Of a DNA stretch of 64,000 nt, positions 53,520-64,000 are shown piece by piece. Source of the DNA: Eledone cirrhosa (Eukaryota); the NCBI GenBank assembly GCA_964016885.1, contig OZ024759.1, forward strand, positions 17,360,001-17,424,000, written 5' to 3'. The position numbers were made by a program, and so were the translations under genes. The notes beneath the pieces are model-generated. The model saw only the letters and a list, made by a program, of their open reading frames with translations, was not told the DNA's origin and did not search any database. The stretch's first letter is position 1. Every line of letters starts with the position of its first letter.

Positions 53520-54253
53520 TCTATATACATAAATGGCAACTCCTGTCCTGTTTGTTTGTGAACCTAAAACTCAAAAGCTACCTAACCGGTCTTGATGAAA
53601 CTTGACACGTGTGGGGCTCATGCCCATTTGATTTCTTACGTATATTTCATTTTAATCAAAGGGTTCCCCGGGGACTCAAACCCCCACTGAAAATTTTTTC
53701 CCTTCGATTTATATGAAATTTAAACCATAGGTAAATGACAAGATATGATGCCTATTCACAAAATTTCAGCAAATTTGAATAATATTAAGACACCCTAATG
53801 GGGGTTAAACACCGTATAGTGAAAATTTTGGTCAATAAATGGAACAAGATTTCACGAACTCCTCCTATGGTTTTGGTGATAGACCCCCATAACCATATAT
53901 ATTCTGAAACTACATTGCCCAGGGCACTTGGATAATTATAAAACCCCCCTTCGATTTATATTAAATTTAAATTATAGGTAAATGACAAGATATGATGCCT
54001 ATTCACAAAAGTTTTGAATTGATATTTTTAAAAAAATTATTTACAAACTAAGAATAAGATTTAATAATGTAATTTTGATTTAATATATTTCAAAAAATAA
54101 TATTTTCCAATTTTCCATCCATTACATTTTACATTGAGTAATATTGAAATGTAGAGTTTTTTTTCATAAATTATATCACTGATTTAAAATCAATCATCAT
54201 TTTCTTACAAAAAAAATGTGTGGAACGCAGCAAGGCGCGGGTAATTCAGCTAG
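53520..54253 (+). mobile_element. Non-autonomous Helitron
   Basis: A|TCTATATACATAAA 5' end, GC-rich CGCAGCAAGGCGCG near the end, CTAG|T; internal ~63 bp direct repeat. Confidence 0.65.
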
Positions 54254-54327
54254 TATATATATATATATATATGTGTAATTCAGCTAGTATATATATATAT
54301 GTGTAGTATATATATATATGTGTAAAG

Positions 54328-54411
54328 ATAACTATTTCATCTGATGAATGAGCTGGATGTTTCTGTAAGGATCATCTAGTTTCCTGAAACCTTTGGTAAT
54401 GGAAGAATTAT
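54328..54411 (+). ncRNA. Type I hammerhead ribozyme, family A
   Basis: TTTCAT-CTGATGA-long stem II (GAGCTGGATG/CATCTAGTTT)-GAAA-CC TTT GG-TA-ATGGAA; GUA cleavage triplet. Confidence 0.68.
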
Positions 54412-55018
54412 ATTGTGTTGTTTATTATGTAATTAAATAAATAAATCTATATACACATACACATGCACCCAGTGAGTTAATATATCACTCTTTAATATAT
54501 ATATGTATGTATACACACATACACTGAATCTACATCTTACATTAATATATATTCACACATACACATTGTTTATATTTAGCAATAAACATCCTATTTCAGA
54601 TATCTCTCCCCCCTCTCTCTTTCTCTCTCCCCCTCTCTCTTTCTCCCCCTCCTCTCTCTCTCCCTCTCTCCCTTCCCCCTCTCTGTGTCTCTCTCTCTTT
54701 CTCTCACAGAGTAGGGAGTTGTTGTAATATACAGAATTAGGTTAAATACACAAGGTTTTCATCTGTCGAAATGTGCATATTCTGCAAGTAAAAAAATTGA
54801 GAATTTCGCCTAATTTTGTGTATATGTAGTAGACAATTAGGACCCAGCAGCAAGAGCTCAACCACCTGGCCCTAACTCTCTACTATATTTACACTCTATT
54901 ATCCCAAGTATCGAGTGCTCTCTTGAACAATGGTCTTACTAGTTTAAACTGGTAAAATCTCTCTGTCTCCCTCCTCTCTCTTCCTTTCTCCCCCTCTCTC
55001 TTCCTCTCTCTCCTCCTC

Positions 55019-55049
<31 letters not shown>

Positions 55050-56100
55050 GCGTGTGTGGTGCATTGACAGTCATTAGAATGCTGGATAGAAAGTTTTGTG
55101 GGAATTGCTCCAGTTATCTTACCTCTAAGTTTAACCCTTCAGCATTTAAATCAGCCATATCCGGCCAGAATTCTCTCACCTCTTTCTGTTCAAACCAGCC
55201 ACAACTGGCTGCACATACTTATGTTAAGGTATTGTTCTCAAAATAAATATCAAAATTTCGTAGATTTGATATGTTAAATAATTATGAGATAAAGTATTTA
55301 CCATGAAAATACAATAGTATATATAGAGCAATGCAAATGCTAAAGGGTTAAAGTCAATTTTTTCATTGTCAAGTTAAATAAAATATTACCAGTTGATTCT
55401 TCCTCTATATCTCTTTCTCACTTCCTTTCTATCACCCCCTCCCCTCTCTCTTCCCTTCTCTGGAAGAAATTGACTATATTCCAACATGGAGAGGGTATAT
55501 AATCTGCCAAATGTAAAATGGCCAAGACATGTATGTCTCAGCAGCGCTCTGATGACCCTATCAAGATTTACAAGTCCATATACTCACACTAACACAAACA
55601 CACACACATACACATAAAATCTTCTACCCGTAACCGCTGATGTTGTCATAGGGGTGCCACAGTGACATAGTATTTCTTGGGCATTGTTGAAACCTAGTGG
55701 AACACATCTCTTGAATACAGCTGATTTCTTTCAGAAGAAGCGAGAAAGAGATATAGAGGAAGAATCGACCCTAGTACTGGACTAGTACACTTTTTTATTG
55801 TCTGTGAAAGGGTGAAAGATAAAGTTGACCTCAACAGGATTTGAACCCAGAGTGCAGAAAGCCATAACAAATACAGCTAAGCATTCTATTTAACATTCTA
55901 ACAAAACTGCCAATTTACTGTCTCATATCTAAAGATGCACACCTTTACATGCACACACAAAACCAGCAAAGAATTACCAATGCTGACATGTAGACATTAA
56001 TAAAACTGAAGTGAAAACTTGTAATGTGTTAAGAGACCTTGGATGTAGGTTTATTTATATATTACTTATTTATCTATTTATTTGTTTGTTTATTTTGCAG

Positions 56101-56238
56101 CCATGTCCCAAACATCACTCTTTAAACAAAGAGAAACAAGGTTTTCAAAGCTCATCACTGACACAGACTAGTAGTAAACCTTTGCAGAAGACATGGAACT
56201 CTGTCAAATCAGCAGTTGAGAACGTCAAACCAAAGAAG
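56101..56238 (+). CDS. INPP5F: SAC2 exon 4 (PCPKHHSLNKEKQGFQSSSLTQTSSKPLQKTWNSVKSAVENVKPKK); gene continues beyond window
   Basis: Resembles LCKKHHFGINK...LLKTFTHIKSNVSAPNKKK; ttttgcag/gtaggc; 138 nt phase 0-0. Confidence 0.85.
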
Positions 56239-56419
56239 GTAGGCCTAGTTGTTTTCCTGTGAGACACTCTATACATCTTACTTTTATATACATATACATC
56301 ATTATCATCATCAGTTATAGTGAATGTAGTGAAAATGTGTGGCCGAGGGTTTAGGATGTTGGTCTCACTAAAATAAAACCCACAGCTTTACTTACTCCAG
56401 TCACCATCATCATCATTTT

Positions 56420-57010
56420 ATGACTGCTCTTTGGTGTTCATATTGATTGGATGGGTCATTTCCAACACAGCCTCCTCCTCCTAACAACATCCCTTCATTA
56501 TCTCCTGTGTGAGACCCAGCAATTTGAGATCAGCTCTCACAACCTCTGCCTTGATCTATCTCTTCTGTGGCTTCCCTTCACTGGGATTTCCTGATACTTC
56601 TTCACACAGCAATTATCACCCATGTGCATCACATGTCCAAACCAATGTAGTTTTCTCTCTTGCACACTATATCTGATTCCTCTTATACTCAGCTTTTCTC
56701 CCAGTTCATCAACACCTCATTATTCAAATGCACTAACATTGCACATCCAACAGACCATGTTCACTCTGTCTTACCAGTCTCTGTATATCCTCTGCATGTA
56801 CTGCCCATGTCTCACCACCATGTAAGCAGCATACTTCTCATGCCAGCATCATACAATATACTCTTTGCTTGTAGAGAAAATTCCTTTGTTCTTAACAAAG
56901 GTAGTAGTTCCCCAAACGTTTGATAACCTCTTTTTATTCCTGCTACTATACTTTAAGAGCAAGTCCATCCACTGTTTAGTCACCTAAGTAACAAACTGCC
57001 TATGGTTTCT
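56420..57010 (-). mobile_element. Degenerate RTE LINE fragment
   Basis: Nucleotide similarity to the 44.7-45.2 kb RTE region; catcatcat tail near 56405. Confidence 0.6.
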
Positions 57011-57863
57011 ATGGTACCATCCTGCAATATATATATATAGGTTACATATGTTGTGGTTTACACATATACTCTATATATCACCTCAATATATATATATATA
57101 CATGAACACACTTAATCTATATCTCATATTACTGGTCATGCCATAACTTGCTCTGATGAGACTGTAAATTTGGCTGGGGTTTTACAGCTATATGCCCTTC
57201 CTAACACCAACCACATTTATAGTGTGGAACTGGATGGCACCTTTATGAGAAGGGACAGACCAGTTGGCCTCACCAAACCCTTCACACAGCAGAACCATAG
57301 TTTGAGATCTGCACCCACAATTACAGTGTGGAATTGGATGGCACTGGATGGCACCGCTATGGTACCTTGCATCTTAAGGATACTGACAATGGTTAAATAT
57401 TAAATGTTGAATACCATATCAGCAGCTGGACCCGTATTATTTAATTACATATTACATATGTTTCATTGACAATCAGCTTGAGGGACCAACTATTAATGAT
57501 TGAACCTGACTCTGGCATCGGAAGTTCCTCAGATATGTTTTAACATGTAGAATCATGTCTGAGAGTGGTTGAATATTATCCAGGTTCCTTCTTATATGCT
57601 ACCACAAATTCTGTCATAGAGGTGTGTCATCGTATTCATTTGTTGGTTTGTTTTCGGTCAGATCACAGCTGGGGGCTTCCTATAATTTAGCTGCTATTAT
57701 CGCCAACTGGATCAAGTTGATGTACGTATCTATGTATGTCGACCTATCTGCCTGATGTCTGCTGGCACATTGCTTGAAGTAAGCATTAAGGAGATAAGGC
57801 AATACAAGAATGCAGGGATAATGAAATGTAAAGGGGTAAAGGAATATATATATATATATATAT

Positions 57864-58073
57864 ATTATTAGAAATGTAAGCTATCGCCATATTTTGACTA
57901 AAGAAATTATTTAGCCTGATAGTGGGGTTAAGAACCCTCAGAGAAATGGAAAAAGATGACGTCAATACGCATCTTTTTCCATTTCTCCGAGGGTTCTTAA
58001 CCCCACTATCAGGCTAAATAATTTCTTTAATTTCTTTAGTCAAAATACGGTGATAGCTGACATTTCTAATAAT
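57864..58073. repeat. ~210 bp palindrome, same family as 53282-53479
   Basis: TTTTGACTAAAGAAAT..TAGCCTGATAGTGGGGTT / AACCCCACTATCAGGCTA..ATTTCTTTAGTCAAAA. Confidence 0.88.
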
Positions 58074-58141
58074 TTCAAACCCACTCGCTGTTTCGAAAAT
58101 ATTCTTAATATATATATATATTTTTATATATTCCTTTACCC

Positions 58142-58179
<38 letters not shown>

Positions 58180-58387
58180 ATATTGATATTGTTATGCAGT
58201 GAATTGGCAGTATCGGTAGAGGGTTGGACGCCATGCTTTCTAGCATAGTTACGTCCTTTTACAGTCTGAGTTCAAATCCCGCCGAGGTTAACTTTGCCTC
58301 TCATCCTTACGGGGTCGATAAAATAAAGTACCAGTAATGTACTGGGTAATTGCTGGCCTTGTGCCTAAAGTAGAAACGGTTATATAT

Positions 58388-58775
58388 TATATTTGGGGAG
58401 GGTCATATTGTTATAATATTGCCAGAAATAAGAATAGAACACACTCACTGTTTGGTTTGGGTTGGTTTTCCCTTCTATTATTATTTCTGGTAATAGAAGC
58501 GAAAACCAACCCAAACCAAACAGTGAGTGTGTTCTACTCACGGCAGTGGATTGGCAGTATCGGTAGAGGGTCGGACACCATGCTTTGATGAAAAGAGTTA
58601 CAGCACTGGCCATTCTGAGTTCAAATCCCGCCGAGGTTAACTTTGCCTTTCATCCTTACGGGGTCGATAAAATAAAGTACCAGTAATGTACTGGGTAATT
58701 GCTGGCCTTGTACCAAAAGTAGAAACAATTATTATTTCTGGTAATATTATAACAATATGACCCTCCCCAAATATA
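58388..58775. repeat. Fold-back element interrupted by a SINE
   Basis: Inner arms 58435-58538; outer arms TATATTTGGGGAGGGTCATATTGTTATAATATT at both ends. Confidence 0.85.
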
Positions 58776-58842
58776 AAATTGTTTCAACACTCGATTTCAT
58801 AAAAAAAACCTTATATACACACACGATACATACATACAGACG

Positions 58843-58886
<44 letters not shown>

Positions 58887-61800
58887 CGTCTGTATGTATG
58901 TATCATTTATTTAAATACATCTATGATGTTTGATTAACATTGCCATATCCCCGTTGGCAATATTTCAAATAGGAAAGGTAAGAAAGGCGTTAGAGATGTG
59001 AGGTTAGAGGGAAACACAGAAGACCAAACAGATTAGTAAGACAGAAGTGTCAAGATTTTTTATTCCCTGTCATCATTTACAACTGTTCACTATTTATATT
59101 TTATAAAGCTTTTGGCAAACTTACATAATAAAATAATCTTTACTGTGGGGTATATTTCAAAGTTGTAGACTACTATGTTAGTAAGACTTGAAGTGTCAAA
59201 ATCTCTTTCCACTCTCATGTTTACAATTGTTTAGTATTTCATCATGATCATCATCATGACCATGATGATGATGATTATCATCATCATCATTGTTTTTTCG
59301 TCAACTTCTCCATGCTGGTATGGGTTGGACGGGGCGGGACTTTTTGAGGCAATATTTTACAGCTGGGTGCTCTTTCTGACATTAACTATTTTAACCCTTT
59401 AGCATTTACATTACTCTATATTTACTATTGTATTTTCATGGTAAACACTTCATCTCAGATAATTATCTCACATAATATTGAATCTATGAGATTTTGATAT
59501 TTTTTTTATTTTGAGAACAATACCTTAACATCAGTATGAGTGGCCAGTTATGGTTGGTTTGAACAGAAAGAGGTGAGAGAATTCTGGCCAGATATGGCCG
59601 GTTTAAATGCTGAAGGGTTAATCACTTCTTACAATGCAGGGATACAGTGTACTTATTCTAAACAAGACATGTTTTCTAAAGCTGGGGTTGATTTAACCCT
59701 TTAGCATTTAAAGTTCTTGCATCAGGCTGCCTGTGAACCTTCACATGTCGCTTCAGTCCTTTTATAGATCAACATTCTTTGCCACATTCATATATTTATA
59801 TTTTGCAATACCATGGAGATCATAGTTCACTGGTTCTCTCTGAACATGGCTGCAACCGTGACTCCTGAGACCAGATATGCTCAAACACACCTTTCAGCAC
59901 ACAGGATGAACACCAAGTCAATATATATATACATACATACACATACATACAAAGGGAATAGCACTAATAAAGAGATGACACACATACACTCACACATATA
60001 TATATACATACATACGCACTATACAAATATATCTACACTATATTACATGGTTTAACATGCTCCTTCAACTGTTGTTACACCAATCTATTTTCATTTTCCT
60101 GTAACTTTCACACAATGTCCCTCTCACTGATACTCCGGTCAACAGCAACTGATAAACACCTCATCCTTCGACTCATTTTCATTTATTTTTTCTTTCATTC
60201 ACTCACTCTATTTATTTGAAAGCCTCATACTTCCACACTATCTCTTTAAAGTGACAGCAAATAAATACAAAAAGCTCATTATTATATATATATATTTCCC
60301 ATGTTTACTTGCCTCGTTGCTAAGCAGTTATGTCTAAAATAAAATGTCTAACCAAAAAAAAAAGTTGTTGGTTTTAGATTGTGATGCATTTTCTGAAGAT
60401 GGAAGAAGACTTACCGTCATAAATATCATTTAATGTCAGTCTTCCCTGCTAACAAGGGTTTGATGGGTTGTCAGCAGATCAAGTTGGTACTCAGATTGAA
60501 GTACAGACCTTACAAATAAGCAAGGAGCCTGCATCTTGCTTCTCTATGTTCCTCCACTCTGCCAATTACTCAGTCAGGCCATTTGCCTAAAGCTCACTCA
60601 CATACAATCCCATATACTAGTGAGTGCATTTTATCATGCCACCAGCATTAGGGAGGTTGTCATATCTTTGACACAGGTGAAGTATTCTTCTAACCCTTTG
60701 CTTGGATGATCTTATCACCAACCACTTTACAGTGTGTACTGGATATGTTTATCATGTAAACCACCAACATTGAGGAGTTTAGCTGAAGAGTCTGCCTAAC
60801 CTTTTGTTTGGCAAGTTTTCTACAGCTGGATACTCTTCCTGTCACCAACCACTTTACAAAGTATACTGGCTGTGTTTATTGTGTAGATCAGCACTAGTGG
60901 GTGGGAATGTCTTTTATGCAATTGAAGAATAGCTGGATGCAGTTATTACATGATAAATGCACTCAGTTCACTCTGTAAAGTGGTTTGTGATAAGTGGCAC
61001 ATCCTATCTTAGAAAAGATGTCAAGGGGATTTAAGTACTTTTCAGCTGTATCAAAGACATAGCAACTTCTGTAGTGCTCGTGCCTTTATAAAATGCACTT
61101 GGTTGAGCATAAGAATGTATGTAAGAAAGATGCAGGCCCACAGCTCCATCTGAGATTTCAGTAGTGTGGAAGCATGTAGGCAAAATGCAAGCTCTTGGCC
61201 CATCTGAGTGGTCAGTAGCTCCACTTGAGTACTGACTTGATTTGTGATAACTCTTCCAAACCTTGCTATCAGCAGGGAAAATAGACATTAAATGAAGGAC
61301 CTTCAATGTTTGTAATGTTTGCATTTTTGTGTATTTATACTTTGAATATATGTTACGGCGATGATGATAGAGAAACATCTGTTTCACTATGCTGATATAT
61401 CGACAAATCCTTTTAGTTTTTTCTGACAGATTTATATAATATTGTTCAACCTGAACGAGAGCCTGGTTTTCAGGTAAGTTTGTGACCTTGAGCTCTGAAT
61501 GAGAAACTCACCAGGTGTGCTGTTTGCATTATTTAATCTTTAGGATGCCGATATAAGAAGCTATTCAAATTTCGTACAATTTTACTTCACTTTGCTCCCA
61601 AAAAGAACAAAGAAAAAACAACCCCACAAAATTATATTCTCCAGTTTAAACTTAGAAGTAAAATATGAAATGATAAATGTTGCTCAAAACATTTTCTATT
61701 TTTCTCAGAGTAATATAGTTTGTATGAAGTATTGTAAGGTATGTAATTAAGAATATATTTCGGAAGCTGGTACAATGTGAACAGGAAATACAATAATGGA

Positions 61801-62439
61801 ATTATCTCATCTTGTTCCACCATTGTATTTCCTCTTCATATTGTACCAGCTTCTCCAATATATTCTTTCTTAGAGTAATTTAAAGTAAAACTTATAAAAC
61901 CTCAAAAGATCATAAACTACAAGAAATGTCTTATAATTTATAAAGTAACACAGAGAACTGAATGGTAAACAAATTGAATGACTGGTTTCTATTTTAGATG
62001 AATGCTTACATTAGTTTTGAAAGCAGTGAGTTTGGTGAAGGACTGTGTTGGCTTAGTGGTTTGGGTATAATTATCAAAATTGTAATGTTGTTAGTTCAAT
62101 TCCATGACTGGGTGCTGTGTTGTGTCCTTGAGCAAGACACTATATTCAGTCTACTCAGCTGGAAAAAAATTAGTTGAGATGCACTGGTGCCTAGCTTTGC
62201 TTTTCCTTTTCTTGCAAACGACATTGCAAACATGCATTGGTAACAGCTAGTCTTCAAAGGGTCATCCTTGACCTAAACTGGGACTTGCTGAATTTTACTG
62301 TGAATTGCGTGAGGGGTGCACTTGTCTGTTGAATGCTCAGCCACTTGCATTTTAATTTAATGAGTTAGCTATGTCATTGCTAGAAAAAATGGAACACTTA
62401 TCAATGAAGCCAATGCAGGTTCATTTACCTTCACTATAT

Positions 62440-62890
62440 TCTGGTCATCTGGTTCTTCTAGCATCACAGCAATGGAACAATATGCTTTTCTTTCTTGCTC
62501 TGTCTCTAGTAAAGGTTGGTGCCTGAAAACAGTTTGTGCCTCACCTGGTGGATCTCCAGATATTCTTTGGCCTACCCTTTGGTTTTTTCCCACCAGCTGG
62601 TAACCAGAATGCTGCAATTCTTGCTGGCATATTGTCCCCCATTCGTAGGACATTCCCTGCCAGCTGAATTCTTCTACTCTTGATGATAAGGCTCAGGAAT
62701 GTGTCATTGGCTCTTCGAATCACATCTTTGTTTGTGATCTTGTCTTGCCATCTAATGCTCAGGATCTTTCAGAGGCATCTTTGTCGGAAAATATCAAGCT
62801 GTTTTTCAGTTCTGGTGGTACTTTCCCATGTGTCAGCACCACAGGTTGCTGTTGAAACAACAGATAACCAGAATAATCTCACTGCACTCA
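62440..62890 (-). mobile_element. Degenerate RTE-like LINE fragment
   Basis: IIKSRRIQLAGNVLRM...W.PAGGKKPKGRPKNIWRST. Confidence 0.65.
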
Positions 62891-64000
62891 GCTAAATTCT
62901 AAGGTTTAACCATTTTGATACCAACCTATCTGAACTGGTCAAGTCTTCTCATGACTCCAAATTTAGGCACAAGTCCAGCAAATTTGGGTGAAGGGCAAAG
63001 CTGACTAAATCAACACCAATACTTGACTGGTACTTTTATTCACATCAGCAGGATAAAAGCCAAAGTTGAACTTTGCAGGATTTGAGCTAAAAGAACGTGT
63101 AATTTTAAAGAGATCAAATTCAAACTTTCCTAGATAATTTTCAGTAAAAGTCTTTTGTTAAGATATGTTCTTAACTCCTGACTAATAATCGTTTCTACTT
63201 TTGGCACAAGGCCAGCAATTTAAAGGGAAGGAGAACGTTGATTAAATCGACACCAGTGCATTACTGGTACTTTATGTATCAACACCAGTGCATTACTGGT
63301 ACTTTATTTTCTAAACCCCATAAGGATAACAGGCAAAGCTAATCTCAGCAAGATTTGAACTCAGAATGTAATAGTCTGTAATACTACTGATACTGCCAAT
63401 TCACCACTCTTTTAATAGTTTCTGATTTAGACACAAGGCCAACAATTTTAGGGAGGGGAAAGTCGATTAAATCGACCCCAGTACATTACTGGTACCTTGT
63501 TATTGACCCCTGCAAGGATGAAAAGCAAAGCTAACCTCAGTGAGATTTGAATTCAGAATGTAATGGAGTGTAACTATATGCTACAAAGCATGTCTGGCGC
63601 TCTACCAATTCTGTCAGTCTACTGCCGTACACTATTTTAATAATGAAAAGGTCAATTATCTTACTAGAATTTTCCTAATTTTTAGTTACTTTCTAAATTC
63701 ATTGTAACAGATTGTTAGTTTATTTCATTAGAAATATAGAAAGGAAAGTCAGGAAAAAGTAGTGCGTATTACACTCAAATACGTATGGCCTGTGTGTGTA
63801 GGTATGTGTGTGTATTTGTGTGTGCATGCATGTGTCTCTTTGTGTGTGTGTTTGCGTTTATATATGGGTGTGCATGTAGTTTGTGTGTGTGTGTGTATGT
63901 GGTGTATGTGTCTGATGCTATTTCCAAGAAGCCAAGCAGTTTTCTATGTTACTTTGTGAAGACTTAAATTTAAATATTAGCCATAAATTCTGTGATTTCC

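Noticed and set aside
58825-58905. Palindrome GATACATACATACAGACGCACA-(TA)n-TGTGCGTCTGTATGTATGTATC
   Set aside because: Low-complexity arms around a self-complementary (TA)n; best explained by local template switching
61998-62170. TTTTAG|ATGAATGCTTAC... possible INPP5F exon 5
   Set aside because: No SAC2 similarity, no good donor, and the frame runs into a SINE

Overview
Eukaryotic (metazoan) genomic DNA: AT-rich, with spliced GT-AG genes and dense microsatellites and transposons. The repeat landscape suggests an octopod cephalopod, but that is an inference. Two genes diverge from a ~5.2 kb intergenic region. POLR2B/RPB2 (RNA polymerase II subunit 2) is on the - strand, with 15 coding exons from ATG 17685 to the left window edge. 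INPP5F/SAC2 (phosphoinositide phosphatase) is on the + strand, with 4 coding exons from ATG 22939 and a 24.9 kb first intron; it runs off the right edge and is mostly invisible in the ORF track. The introns hold RTE-, CR1- and CRE-like LINE fragments, tRNA-derived SINEs, a very abundant TTAA-flanked (piggyBac-like) MITE, two non-autonomous Helitrons and several minisatellites. The most unusual signal is a set of short non-coding fold-back elements sitting in (TA)n tracts. Several carry type I hammerhead ribozyme motifs: about 7 full or degenerate motifs in at least 3 sequence families, plus 3' half-ribozymes at hairpin centres. One element has mirror-image ribozymes on both strands. They are most likely Penelope-like/retrozyme-type retroelement remnants. 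All structures were folded by eye; no database searches were run.
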